Shown piece after piece: positions 13,195 to 25,446 of a DNA stretch of 64,000 bases. Each line of letters opens with the position of its first letter. Within the stretch, counting starts at the first letter, position 1. The notes under the pieces are model-generated. The model did not search any database, was not told the origin of the DNA, and saw nothing but the letters and a program-made list of their open reading frames with translations. Made by a program: the position numbers and the translations under genes. The stretch spans positions 1 to 64,000 of the forward strand of contig JAUCBJ010001029.1 of NCBI GenBank assembly GCA_032718475.1. Direction: 5' to 3'. This DNA is from Nemertoderma westbladi. Its lineage: Eukaryota; Animalia; Xenacoelomorpha.

Positions 13195-13513
13195 AATATT
13201 GGAGGTGTCTCATTGGTTCCCCCAAGCTTGACACTAGAACAAAGCCGCCTCTGCTTTGCAGGACATTGCTTTCGCCGTGAGGACCAGCCAGTGCATAATC
13301 TTGTACTTTGGCAGCCTCATGGAGTGAATAAGCATGGTGGACAGCCCATGACTTTCTTGAGACGCATCTTAAAGGACACTGGCCTTGAAGATGCGGATGA
13401 TCTAGCAAATGTCATGGGTGATAGGGAGTTGTGGCAGTGCAATTTTGTTGACAAGCCGGCACAGCATTCTTAAAAATGCAGCTGCAATGCAGCATGCCGA
13501 TCCTAGTAGTAGT
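13195..13513 (+). mobile_element. RTE 3' end with (TAG)n tail
   Basis: Near-identical to the 2228-2500 region; ends in CCTAGTAGTAGT. Confidence 0.85.
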
Positions 13514-14995
13514 ACTGAGCCTTCATTATTGTAGATCATTACGCCGTAGCTGTGAATAGCATTGACAGTATGTAACCATTCAGCATTAGCTACCTCAGTA
13601 GTTAGTTCTACCAGTTTCCATAACGTATCCAATGAACCGGGTTCTCCACGCGCTATCCTTATAGATTCATAACCAGGCATTTCACGTATATTCGCGTTTG
13701 GTTCGACATATCTCAAATCATCTTCAATGAAAACTACATCCAGGTTCCAGTGAACGAGGCGACGGTAATCCATAAATGTTTCCAAGTTAAAGGGTGGACG
13801 CGAACTTGCTTCATCGTTACTATATTATAAGGTTTTTTGAATGAGTTTAATTTCACCAAATAATCTAAATGTTGATGTAAAGACTCCAATTCCACGAGGT
13901 CCAACGGATTCACCAATGGTAAAAATCGCATGTCCCATCCAGGGTGTTCAGGTTGTATAACATAGTGTTGCTTGAGCATCACAAACCGAGGATGGTCTTT
14001 GATTCCGTAGAAGGGATAATGCAAGTGGCGACGTGCTACATTTATACCGTGGACCCTTTCTCGAATCACGTCGGCGTGAGTACGGGAGGGGGGAACTAGT
14101 TCACCATCCACATGTAATGGTTCCAACGTGGGTGTCTTTAAAATAGGAACATCGGCAATAGCGCAAGTAGTTTCAGAAGGTTCGCCAAATATATATGGTT
14201 GCTTGGTACTGAAAACTTTATGCTGCATGGAAAGGTGTACGTAACGTTTTGGTTGAAAGCCTTCCATTAAAGACTGTACATAAGGTAAACGGTGAGATCA
14301 GCATCCTCCAACGCTATTGCTTCTTCCTTGCGTCGCTCCTTTTCTCTGGCTTCTGCTTGGAGGTTGGAGAGGAATTCCGAGAAGGATTGCAGGTCTCCTT
14401 CGGTGATACGAGTTCTCAAGGTATTGATCTCCGGCTGCAACAAAACGTTGTCCATGGCTTCCAACAAGGCGAGTTCCATTAATAATGTACCAGATGGAGT
14501 TGTAGATAAGTGTGCATGGATACCAGCCAAGCTGGACGACATTATCAAATGAGTAGTTTCCTCGCGGAGGGGTATGACCACACCTGGTCTCAATAAATCA
14601 CCTGGCGTCACGGCTCGGGATATCCCGACTCCTCTCCCAAGTCCAGGTGGAACTAGAGGGGCTATCACCGGTTCCTCTCGAGGGATTAACTGTTCAGGTA
14701 GAATCATATCTCGGTACTCAGAGTAGTCTTCATCTCGAGGGCCGAAATTCTGGGGAAGGACTGGGGATGGTTAAACCTTCGGTGCCGGGGGTTGTACTGA
14801 AAACCGTAGGACATCAATGGGTAAACACTCAATTTTACGCAACCTCTTCAGAGCTCTTTCATTCACGCCAAATAAATCTAGCTCATATCCTCCATACGTG
14901 AAATGCGTGTAACTATGTTTGGGGCAGCGTTCACGGGGTGATTCCCGGTCGACCCCATTGCACATGGTCATCATGGTTTACTTATGGGTTACTTG
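13514..14995 (-). other. Cassette of tightly packed orphan ORFs (14974-14771, 14707-14267, 14267-13734, 13785-~13514) of unknown function
   Basis: Same-strand abutting or overlapping ORFs including a TAATG stop/start overlap at 14267; no recognised family. Confidence 0.45.
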
Positions 14996-15253
14996 TTGCA
15001 GGACATTGCTTTCGCCGTGAGGACCAGCCAGTGCATAATCTTGTACTTTGGCAGCCTCATGGAGTGAATAAGCATGGTGGACAGCCCATGACTTTCTTGA
15101 GACGCATCTTAAAGGACACTGGCCTTAAAGATGCGGATGATCTAGCAAATGTCATGGGTGATAGGGAGTTGTGGCGGTGCAATTTTGTTGACAAGCCGGC
15201 ACAGCATTCTTAAAAATGCAGCTGCAATGCAGCATGCCGATCCTAGTAGTAGT
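14996..15253 (+). mobile_element. RTE 3' end, direct repeat of 13256-13513
   Basis: 258 bp with only two differences noticed; same (TAG)n tail. Confidence 0.85.
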
Positions 15254-17007
15254 GTTGGTTGGGATGAGGACATTCATTACAGTAATACCATAATCTAAAG
15301 TCCTGGCAACTCACATGTGGAGATCGAGAACAATATAATAACCATATTATCATTATCACAAATTGAAATGCAACTTATTATTATTAACACAAAGATTTGA
15401 TTGTATATACTGTATTTCATTGTGGGCGAATACTGTATAAACCGTTGCGTTACTGCAGCAGTACCGCAGCGGAACCACTGCGTTACCGCAATGGCACCAC
15501 AACGGTATCATTGGGTGTGAACGGGCTCCGGGTAGTTTACCGCTGGCTTACCGCTTCAATACCGCAAGACTAACCATTGGGACCAAACTACCTGTCAACA
15601 GGTAGTTTACCGCTCATGCACCGTTGGATGTGAACGGGCCTCAAGATGAAGTAGTAGTAGGGGGATTACTGTAGATGGAGGGCCTAAGTTAGGTTGTTAA
15701 CTGTTTAAAGGAGGACCACAACAGAGTAATTAGTTACCAGTATGGTATACCCTAGGGCTAAATATGGCGAGCTGAAAGTCCATGGCGAAGTGGTAGCCGG
15801 GGCAGTGCCAACAATGACGTCATTTAGTAAGTAATATATAAAACTTTTTATTGGTAATTCTAAAAATAGAAATCAATTTATAAATTAAATAAGTAATACA
15901 ATAAAATAAAATAAAAGTAATACAATTAATTAATTTAAAATTAAATACAAATAAATAAATTCCCATTAATAAAAGGGAAGAGGTATCACTAATGACACCC
16001 TTTGTACTGCTTTGCGAAAGTTAGACAACACTGATGACCCATTGGGTTTCAGGGCGCTAATCAGTCTGATTAATTAGGATAATCAATTAAACCCTAATTA
16101 GGAGTCATAAGACATCTATTAGGGATTAAATGTGCTAATTAATTGATGACACCTGTCAATTGGGGTCTAATTAGCCTAATTGGGAGGTGTCACCTCCATA
16201 GACAGTCTGGTGCCAATGACACCAAATGACACCCATGGGGTGATAAATGGGTATCATATGACATCCAATGGGTGTCAGTGAGGTCTAACTGTCGCAAAGC
16301 CGTGCAAGACTATACTACTGACACAGCTGTTTTTTGGCGTATGGAAAGTATTTTCGGAAATACAAATAAGATGGTGAAAACCGTGAGTGGCCCTACAGAT
16401 CGCATGTCTGTTTCGGCGCCCTGGAAGTTTCCAATTCCAGTCTCCAACAACAAACAACATACGCCCGCGTTTGCTTGAATAGCTAATACATAAAGTTATA
16501 CTTATAACTTATATTGTACGGTATATGAACGCCCGTGTGGTGTGAATAATACCACGTTTTGACTTTTCGGTCCAAATTTTATTTCAATTTTATATTTATG
16601 ATGGATTTGTATTTTTTAATTTCTCCTTGCGCGAATTTTGAGCTAACGGGGGGGGGGGGGGGGGGGGGGGGGTGCGCTTTTTTCGGCTGGCGCGGAGCGA
16701 ATTAATAAATTTATAACTTCCACCCCGAGCATAGGATAAGTAAGTATTTACAACTACCGGCACCGGAAGAAGGTGGAAGGCCATATAACGCAAGCTGTTT
16801 GCTGTTATCATTGCCCGCCAATGACTTTTAAAGTATAGCTTTTGGTGTTAAACTTGCTACTTCCAAACTCGCCAAGGGCGTAGGATCGCAGCAGTTGTTT
16901 CCGTTAATTTCATACAAGAAACAGAGACAGCCGCTGCGTGAAGAACCCTCTGGTCTTGTACCGGTACCGGTAGCGCCAGGTATTACCACTCACGCGGATC
17001 TTGCGAG

Positions 17008-20000
17008 ATGAATCTTAAGGATGCGGTTAAATCTCTGGAGGATTTGTTTCCAGTAGCATAGCGGCGGACTGGGATAACGTGGGATTAATTTTTGAACCGA
17101 GCCCTCCCCACACGGTAAAACGAATCCTATTAACCAACGACCTAACGGAGCAGGTTCTTGTGGAGGCGATCACAAAACGGGTAAACCTGGTGTACGCCTA
17201 TCATCCGCCCCTTTTTAAACCGATTAAACGTCTAACTCAACAGTCGCCAGCAACGCATTGCTGTAGCGGCTTTGGAGAACCGAATCGCTGTCTACAGCCC
17301 TCACACCAGTCTGGATGCGAGTATTGATGGCGTTAACGACTGGCTCGTTGCCTGTCTCGGTACGTAAACAATACTCCACCGGTACGTACGGTAGCCTACC
17401 GTGTACCGTAAGTAACAAAAACTACCGGTAACGGGCACGTCAGCACGTCCCACCGATACCGTACCGTAAGTCATAAGTCTATTATTGTTAATTTAACTAT
17501 TTACATCATGGTGTGAAAAGTAGCACTTTTCAGCTTTATGACATCAGGACATTGTGTATTTGTGCTGAGCGAGCGCAGCGTGGGGGGTTTACATAAATAA
17601 ATATACTAGTCAGTCATACTACTACTACTACATCGAGCGAACTCGGACAATGGAAATGAGATCCTTCCAGGCTTCCCGATTCTCCGTAGTCTGATAGTTG
17701 TCGCAATGTCGTTTCTCCCAAGTTCAGTATCCCTCGGACAATGGAAATGAGATCCTTCCAGGCTTCCCGATTCTCCATAGTCTGATAGTTGTCGCAATGT
17801 CGTTTCTCCCAAGTTCAGTATCCCTTTCAAGTTGATCAATAGGCCTATATGTTATGGCCGGTAGATCTGGTATGACCTCGTCTTTACTTCGCCAGCAGTG
17901 CCCACTGAATCTTAATGATGAATGAATCTTGATACAGGTGGTATTGTACCATAAAGCTCGGCGTTTTGTCATGTGTTGTATCCAGCTGATGTTTATGGCT
18001 GCCCTCAGAAGTCTTGTGTAGCAACCATCAATTCGTTGTTTCAAGTGATTTAGTCAGTGTCCAGGTCTCACCCCCGTATAAAAATACACTTTCCACTGTG
18101 GCTCGAAAGAACTTAGTCTTCAGGTGCCTGGAGAGATCTGATTTCCAGATGGTATCCATTTTTGATAGAGCTACCCAAGCCTTTGCTTTCCTAACTTCTA
18201 TGTCCTTTTTGCTACTCTCTATCCATGATCCTAGGTCCTCGAAGTCGTCGACCAGTCAGTCATAAAACGATGAATAGCGCCCTTTTCATATCATAAAATG
18301 ATCGCCCTTTTCGTAAAATGATATACGTAATTTTATTACATTATGTCAACTTATTTTTGCCTATCCCCGAAACGCAGAAAAGTACAACTTTGCAGCGTTA
18401 CGTTTTATAGGACGGGACGCTGCAAAGTAATAACCAACTTAGGTCTTGAGTATTAATTTTTATTTGTGCGTTTGTTGACTCGTTCTAGTTGAATAATTTC
18501 AACCGTGACACACTTATATATTCTGTTAGATTCAACTTTTAGATTTTAAACTCATTTTAAAATCTAAATATTTTTTGTCAACTAAATAATTTATTTTAAT
18601 TAAAGGCCATATTTGTTACTGTTGGTGCTATAGACGAGATTTTACTAAGAAATTAATGAATTAATAATAATATTTTTTATTTTTTTAAGTTATTTTTTGC
18701 AGTCCACCAAATCGATCAATGCAATTCGAATGATTCGTAGAGATAATATAATTTTTTTAGTGAAATACTTTATGTAAAAAAAGGTGGCGTATCTTATGTT
18801 TAGTATATATTATTATATCGCAGATCCGGTGAGCTCTAAACCCTTAGCCCAATTGAAGGATGACTCATATTCCCTGAATATCAGGGTTGAGTCCCTGTTA
18901 CCAGACGGACCGTTAGCTGCCGACGGGTTGGCTGATGAACTATCGAAAATGGAATTCGTTGACGATATTTTAATATTTCCAGTTTCAAGTGTTTCAAAAG
19001 ATTCCGGTATGTAAAGCTAATAGCATATTGATATAAAACCAACTATTTATTTATGGTTATAAAAAAGCGCTTTATTTCCCGTCTAGCCTGAGCTGTTTAA
19101 TTTGTTGGCGTTGTTGGCGAGTTAGGCGATTACAATGTCAGGGCCAAGAGGAAGTAAAGCACTTTTGGTTTGTAATTTTATCCATAAATAGCCTTTCCAC
19201 GTTTTGCCTGATTTTGCTCGATCTGTTCTGCCTTTATAACTGCTTTTTTTTTTATTTAATGAGTAACTTCACTTCTAATGTTCTCTTATCGTTTCTCAGA
19301 TGAATGTGATGGTCTTCTGAAACGCGTTTCTGTGCGAACATCTAGAACGCACAAGGAAGACGTGTTGAGTTCCATGTATAATTACGAGCCGACATCTGTA
19401 GAATGTTATACATTAGACAAGGTATGTTGTGTACCTATACATACAGTGTACACTACATACAGACCATGTACAAGTACAGTGTCTATGTGCACCTGTACAT
19501 TGCCGCCAATGTACAGGTGCACACAGACGTGTACAGTCTACACGCACACAGTCCATTGTAGATATTGGACTCGAACATCGATATTGTTAAACTCATCCTC
19601 GATCAAGTTCTTGACATTTCGATTGTAATATTTGTTTCTATTGCAAAATTAGACTCATTTTAGACTAATATTATTGGTAACCTTTCGGTTACCAATTGGT
19701 AACCATTCGGTCATTAAGTTGATGTTAACCTTTAATTTGTATAGAATAAACAAGTAAAAGTCTGTGAACGCGGGAAATACGAAACACGAGAGGCAACCCG
19801 AAGGCTCCTCTCTCATGGCTGTTACCTATAAGGCAGGGAGGACACCACACTAACTCCCAGGGTTGAACACTATCCATCCCTTTCTTTAATCCCCGCTCGG
19901 TTGTATTTTCTGTAAATAATGTTATCAAACATCTTTAACTTTATATTATGAATTAATTCGCTACAATAAATGTTCCCTGTTTAGCCACTACGTTACGGGT

Positions 20001-20171
20001 ATGGTTGTGGGCGACTCTGTGTTCTACCAGACAATGTAATTATTGCCGAGATTATTTCCAAAGTAAAACAGCATTTGAAACTGAATTGCGTTCGGCTGGC
20101 TCTGGGCAACGGCTGCACATTGGGTTAGTTATTGGATTAATTACCTAATCCAAAGCAATAATGTATTTATT

Positions 20172-20203
<32 letters not shown>

Positions 20204-20672
20204 CTTTCGACACAATCAAAATTCATCCCTCTTTAAGGGAAAATCGACGCAAATAACAACTGATTACTCCCATAAATAAAACTGTATCATGTTCGATTGA
20301 CTTTAGTTTATTGTTTTGGTTCGACTAACGTGCCACTATAACCTGCTCCTTCCCCCCCCCCCCCCCCTGTCTCATTTGACATCGTCTTTCTGCTTTGTAG
20401 ATTCAGCTGTTGGAACTGTTGCAGCTTGTGCTGGTGCCGGCTCCTCGTTGTTATCTGGTTGCCATGCCGACCTGTATCTCACGGGGGAGATGAGTCATCA
20501 CGATATATTAGACGCCACCTCGCGGGGAATTAGTGTACTGCTTTGCGAGCACAGCAACACGGAGCGTGGATTCTTGGACGTGCTGAAACTTCGATTAGAA
20601 ACTGAACGAATTCTACCAGGTGTAGAAATACTTGTGGCTCAAACCGACAAGGACCCAGTTGATATTGTCTGA
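17008..20672 (+). CDS. NIF3L1: NIF3-like protein 1; exons 17008-17359, 18824-19006, 19300-19421, 19985-20123, 20401-20672. Exon 1 has two frameshifts (pseudogene or consensus error)
   Basis: WDNVGL, ILLTNDLTE, YHPPLF, NRIAVYSPHTSLDA, GVNDWL, GRLC, CAGAGSS, DLYLTGEMSHH, LCEHSNTERGFL; GT/AG junctions in phase. Confidence 0.9.
17615..18260 (-). mobile_element. RTE-clade LINE 3' fragment in NIF3L1 intron 1, with a short internal tandem duplication and (TAG)n tail
   Basis: IDGCYTRLLRAAINISW...LRFSGHCWR; TACTACTACTAC at ~17615. Confidence 0.75.
20175..20373. mobile_element. Diverged, inverted copy of the poly-G/C-terminated MITE in NIF3L1 intron 4
   Basis: Reverse-complement similarity to 11137-11360; ends in (C)nTGTCTC. 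Confidence 0.6.
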
Positions 20673-20964
20673 GGTACTTGTGGCTCAAACCGACAAGGAT
20701 CCAGTTGATATTGTCTGAGGTACTTGTGGCTCAAACCGACAAGGACCCAGTTGATATTGTCTGAGATACTTGTGGCTCAAACCGACAAGGACCCAGTTGA
20801 TATTGTCTGAGATACTTGTGGCTCAAACCGACAAGGACCCAGTTGATATTGTCTGAGGTAGTTGTGGCTCAAACCGACAAGGATCCAGTTGATATTGTCT
20901 GAGGTACTTGTGGCTCAAACCGACAAGGACCCAGTTGATATTGTCTGAGGTACTTGATATTGTC
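20629..20964 (+). repeat. 46-bp minisatellite (7 copies plus a partial) whose first unit contains the NIF3L1 stop codon
   Basis: TACTTGTGGCTCAAACCGACAAGGACCCAGTTGATATTGTCTGAGG at 20629, 20675, 20721 and onward. Confidence 0.95.
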
Positions 20965-21846
20965 GGACAATAACATCCGATACAATGCCCATCTCACCTC
21001 TCTGTTAGACAATATGATTTCGGCTCGCCGAAACACCTTAGTATGAATGAACCTTTTATAACCCGATAAGTTTATGGCTATTAGATGAATGTTAGTTAAT
21101 GATCATGTATACCATTTCCGTTGCAGTATTAACTTACATAATTCACAGACTATATACTCGATACGGCACAGTTAATAAGGTTTTATCGTATTAGTTGTTT
21201 CAGTAATGGATACCGTGGCCGATAAACCCATCCATTTGGCCAATATGAACACGAAACAGTTCGACGAACTTTTGACGAACTGGCATATCAGCAGTTTTTG
21301 CAAAATTATATTTCTGCCATAAATTGCGTTTACAGAAAATTGGTTTTTCATATTTGGCCTTTTGACTCCGTACAGGCACTTGAACACTTAAAAATTGGCA
21401 CAATGGGGTAATTTGAAACGCTCTATCTATCTAAAATTATTATAATCACGAATATTTTTGTTATTTCGTCATACTGGTTATACGCCAGTTCGTCAAAATA
21501 ATAATGAAAAGTTTTCTAGTAAACACCAGTTTGTCAAAATACAGTTTTATTGTTTCACTCTGAGGCGATATTTATTTCAATATAAACGAAAATTTTAAAA
21601 TCGTATTTCGAAAGAAATAATCCCCTTGAATTACAATACCGGTATTGATTCCATTTTCGTAACTTTTGGTATTGTTAAAATTTGGATATTATTAGTATTA
21701 CTCTTTTATTCAACAAAGCTCATTCATTATAGAACATACGGTTATACGGTTGCTAAAATTTAATAGTATATTTTAAAGTTTACAATGTCCTGTCCCTAGA
21801 CGTGACAAGGTTGTTCCTTCTTGGTCTGGTCTCTAAGCTTCAAGCT

Positions 21847-24800
21847 TTATTGGTGAGCAAGCTGTCGGTAGAATGAGTCATAAGGCGGACGAATGACTGG
21901 TTTGTTGCCTTCACATAACTTCATGAGATCGTCAAATTTAGCTCTTGCGAGCCTCGGACCACCACCGCCCCCATATGCTTGCACAGGGAATACAATATCG
22001 CTGTTCCTCTTAGTTGGCAGTGTTATGGAATCAAATGTTTCCTGGCTATGGGAGTATTTGAAATATAGTTTTGATGCCTCCTGTTTCTTCAACTCAAACT
22101 CTACCATGTTCACCCAATTGATGTCATTCCCAGAATCGCTCAACCGTTGCCTCAAAACACCTTGACCAACAGATAACGATTTCCAATCGAAAATGTCTTC
22201 TGTTTGTAATTCTATTACCTTGTAGGGAACCTTTCGACTAAGTCGTATGATAGGCACCAGTTGAGCCGGTACCATTATATCGCAGCTCCGCTCAATAGCA
22301 CGCTCGATACACGCGTGAGCACTATCTCCCTCAGTCTGACCATGATTGGGGACCATTATAATAAGCCGGATCGATTTGATGCAACGGGATTCGGTTAGAA
22401 AGCTTCGAAACATTGTGGGGATGATAGAGTTTTTGTTCTGCCCAGAACATCCATCCGCGAAAAAGACAACAGATTCATATTTATCATTGTCAATCAGCCA
22501 TAAATATAGATTGGTTGCAATCTCATTCGAGCCTCTATTGGCTACACCCTCATGCCACAAAAAACACGAGACCTCCCTGTTTGCGATATTGTAAATAGTG
22601 AAGTTATAGTTTGAGAGACGACGTTTGTAAAAAATCTCCGATCTTTCTGATTTGGGTGTGTAGATTACCTGCTGAAGGTCAAAACACGCGGCAATTACAT
22701 TTGACTCCTCAGTCATCGCTGCCATTTTTGCAGCGTCTTTTAATTCTCGTGTTATTTTCTTCTCTTCCTGGTGATTGTTATACTCAACTTTTAAACTCTC
22801 AGTGAGTTCGTCAGTCTTCGTCGTACGGAATGTCTCGCAAATGCCACACTGGTCCTTTTTTCTTTTATGAATTGCTAACTTTAGTTGGTGAAATACGTCA
22901 CGATATTTACTGTATGATGCTATTGCAACACCGCTCGATGATGCCATCTCTTGCTTCTCATTCTTATACATGCTGTACATTATACTGATAGATAGATCAG
23001 ATGACAAATGCTTCCTTTTGTCATCCTTCCTACAATAATGACTTTCTACAGTGGGAAACCTATTCAAATGTTCAACAATACTAGATTCTATATGTGTATC
23101 TCTCTCTCTCAACTTCTGCACTCTTCCTCCCCTCTTTTCACCTTTCAACATACCATGTTCTGTTATATTTTTTAGAGTAGTGTAAACAAATTTCTCATTT
23201 ATGTTCAACGTGTTTATGAAAAACGTCTTACAAACACGTAATTGAATGCTGTCAACCGTCAGTGTATAGTTAATTTTATTTTTCTTCTTCCCAATTGCAT
23301 TAGGAATTGGTGATGAATGTACATGGTACGCAATGAATTGTCGCTGTTTGTCTAAGTTACTAAGATCATAAAATCCATTTAAAATAACTTGTCGGGTCTC
23401 ATCACTCACAGATCGACATTTAAAACCATTTTGATTTTCTGCACTACAGTTACACCTTGGTGTCACTACTCGCTTCGAAACAAATTGCTTCCCAGACTCA
23501 CTTAAATACGGCATTCCAGAATTGCGATTATTTTTTACAATTAACCTACGGCACTTTGATTGATTATTATCCTTTATTGGACTGCCTTCCTGTGGGGCGC
23601 CATCTACAGTAAAATCTTCGGGGAGAGAGGCAGCCTGATCTTCAAGAAGAATCTCTTCGTTCTCAATTATTGTCTCCGAATCTGAGGATATAGAATCAGA
23701 ATCCGATGGGGAATAATCAGGATCGCGAACTATGTCGTCTATCCCCGCAATATTAGAACTATCTATTGTTACAAGATTCGAAGTATCAACGTAGTTTTGA
23801 CAACCTTCTTGGTCATCACCAGCGGGCCTATCACAGTAAACTGTAGTTAGATCATTCATTGAGGACCACACTGTTGAAATTCTTGGTTGATATTCATTCT
23901 CTACAGAGTTGATATCGTCCATGTTTAAGGTTTCAGAAATAATTGTAGAATTCTCGTTTGAGTATACCGAGTATATGAAACTGTCAAGAGCTTCTTGAAT
24001 ATCTTTTTCTTTAATGACTGTCACCCTTTCAAACCCTGTTGCTCCCTTATGATTTCCACCCTCTTCTAACCCTGAGCCTCCCAAACCAACTCCAAACTCT
24101 TCCAACCCTGTGGCTCCCAAACCAACCTCTTCCAACCCTGTGGCTCCCAAACCAACTCCACCCTCTTCTAACCCTGAGCCTCCCACTCCAACTCCAACCT
24201 CTTCAAACCCTGTGGCTCCCAAACCAACTCCACCCTCTTCCAACCCTGAGCCTCCCAAACCAACTCCAAACTCTTCCAACCCTGTGGCTCCCAAACCAAC
24301 CTCTTCCAACCCTGTGGCTCCCAAACCAACTCCACCCTCTTCTAACCCTGAGCCTCCCACTCCAACTCCAACCTCTTCCAACCCTGTGGCTCCCAAACCA
24401 ACTCCACCCTCTTCCAACCCTGTGGCTCCCAAACCAACTCCAAACTCTTCCAACCCTGTGGCTCCCAAACCAACCTCTTCCAACCCTGTGGCTCCCAAAC
24501 CAACTCCACCCTCTTCTAACCCTGAGCCTCCCACTCCAACTCCAACCTCTTCAAACCCTGTGGCTCCCAAACCAACTCCACCCTCTTCCAACCCTGTGGC
24601 TCCGAAACTAACTCCAACCTCTTCAAACCCTGTGGCTCCCAAACCAACTCCACCCTCTTCCAACCCTGTGGCTCCCAAACCAACTCCACCCTCTTCCAAC
24701 CCTGTGGCTCCCAAATCAACTCCAACCTCATCCAACCCTGTGGCTCCCAAACCAACTCTAACCTCTTCCAACCCTGTGGCTCCCAAACCAACTCCAACCT

Positions 24801-25446
24801 CTTCCAACCCTGTGGCTCCGAAACTAACTCCAACCTCTTCAAACCCTGTGGCTCCCAAACCAACTCCACCCTCTTCCAACCCTGTGGCTCCCAAATCAAC
24901 TCCAACCTCATCCAACCCTGTGGCTCCCAAACCAACTCCAACCTCTTCCAACCCTGTGGCTCCGAAACTAACTCCAACCTCTTCAAACCCTGTGGCTCCC
25001 AAACCAACTCCACCCTCTTCCAACCCTGTGGCTCCCAAACCAACTCCAAACTTTTCCAACCCTGTGGCTCCCAAACCAACACCAACCTCTTTCAACCCTG
25101 TGGCTCTCAAACCAACTCCAACCTCTTCCAACCCTGTGGCTCCCAAACCAATTCCAACGTCGGCAAACGCAGCCTCTCCCACATCCATATCAAATTGCCT
25201 GGCTAGGGAGAGCATTGACCTTCCCACAGAAATTTCGGTTGCTACATCTCCTCCGACTTTCACCTCCAGTTCGATAACCTTTTCCTCCTTCCTTGTCCTA
25301 TTTCTTTTCGGATATGATTTGAATTGGCCTATTTCGTTTCTTTTTTTTCGTTTTCGAATCTTGCAGTTCTTCTTTTCGGACTCAATGATAAAGCCCATAA
25401 AAACATCATCTTCGCTAGCGGTATCTTCAGCAACCGTTACATCCAT
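21847..25446 (-). CDS. Sola-type DDD transposase (first ATG at 25446; frame open to 25602) with an in-frame repeat insert
   Basis: CFDLQQ..P....FYKRRLSNYNF, WHEG...RGSNEI, ADGCSGQNKN, NHGQTEGDSAH; VCKTFF and SHYCR motifs. Confidence 0.8.
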   Translation of the reverse strand: MDVTVAEDTASEDDVFMGFIIESEKKNCKIRKRKKRNEIGQFKSYPKRNRTRKEEKVIELEVKVGGDVATEISVGRSMLSLARQFDMDVGEAAFADVGIGLGATGLEEVGVGLRATGLKEVGVGLGATGLEKFGVGLGATGLEEGGVGLGATGFEEVGVSFGATGLEEVGVGLGATGLDEVGVDLGATGLEEGGVGLGATGFEEVGVSFGATGLEEVGVGLGATGLEEVRVGLGATGLDEVGVDLGATGLEEGGVGLGATGLEEGGVGLGATGFEEVGVSFGATGLEEGGVGLGATGFEEVGVGVGGSGLEEGGVGLGATGLEEVGLGATGLEEFGVGLGATGLEEGGVGLGATGLEEVGVGVGGSGLEEGGVGLGATGLEEVGLGATGLEEFGVGLGGSGLEEGGVGLGATGFEEVGVGVGGSGLEEGGVGLGATGLEEVGLGATGLEEFGVGLGGSGLEEGGNHKGATGFERVTVIKEKDIQEALDSFIYSVYSNENSTIISETLNMDDINSVENEYQPRISTVWSSMNDLTTVYCDRPAGDDQEGCQNYVDTSNLVTIDSSNIAGIDDIVRDPDYSPSDSDSISSDSETIIENEEILLEDQAASLPEDFTVDGAPQEGSPIKDNNQSKCRRLIVKNNRNSGMPYLSESGKQFVSKRVVTPRCNCSAENQNGFKCRSVSDETRQVILNGFYDLSNLDKQRQFIAYHVHSSPIPNAIGKKKNKINYTLTVDSIQLRVCKTFFINTLNINEKFVYTTLKNITEHGMLKGEKRGGRVQKLRERDTHIESSIVEHLNRFPTVESHYCRKDDKRKHLSSDLSISIMYSMYKNEKQEMASSSGVAIASYSKYRDVFHQLKLAIHKRKKDQCGICETFRTTKTDELTESLKVEYNNHQEEKKITRELKDAAKMAAMTEESNVIAACFDLQQVIYTPKSERSEIFYKRRLSNYNFTIYNIANREVSCFLWHEGVANRGSNEIATNLYLWLIDNDKYESVVFFADGCSGQNKNSIIPTMFRSFLTESRCIKSIRLIIMVPNHGQTEGDSAHACIERAIERSCDIMVPAQLVPIIRLSRKVPYKVIELQTEDIFDWKSLSVGQGVLRQRLSDSGNDINWVNMVEFELKKQEASKLYFKYSHSQETFDSITLPTKRNSDIVFPVQAYGGGGGPRLARAKFDDLMKLCEGNKPVIRPPYDSFYRQLAHQ
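24037..25160. repeat. 36/30-bp coding minisatellite (GLGATGLEEVGV)n within the transposase
   Basis: CCAACCCTGTGGCTCCCAAACCAACTCCAACCTCTT units; all variants are multiples of 3. Confidence 0.95.

Noticed and set aside
15440-15642. Possible MITE end (TGTGAACGGGCCT) with TACCGC repeats
   Set aside because: Only one terminus seen and no TSD, so it cannot be delimited.
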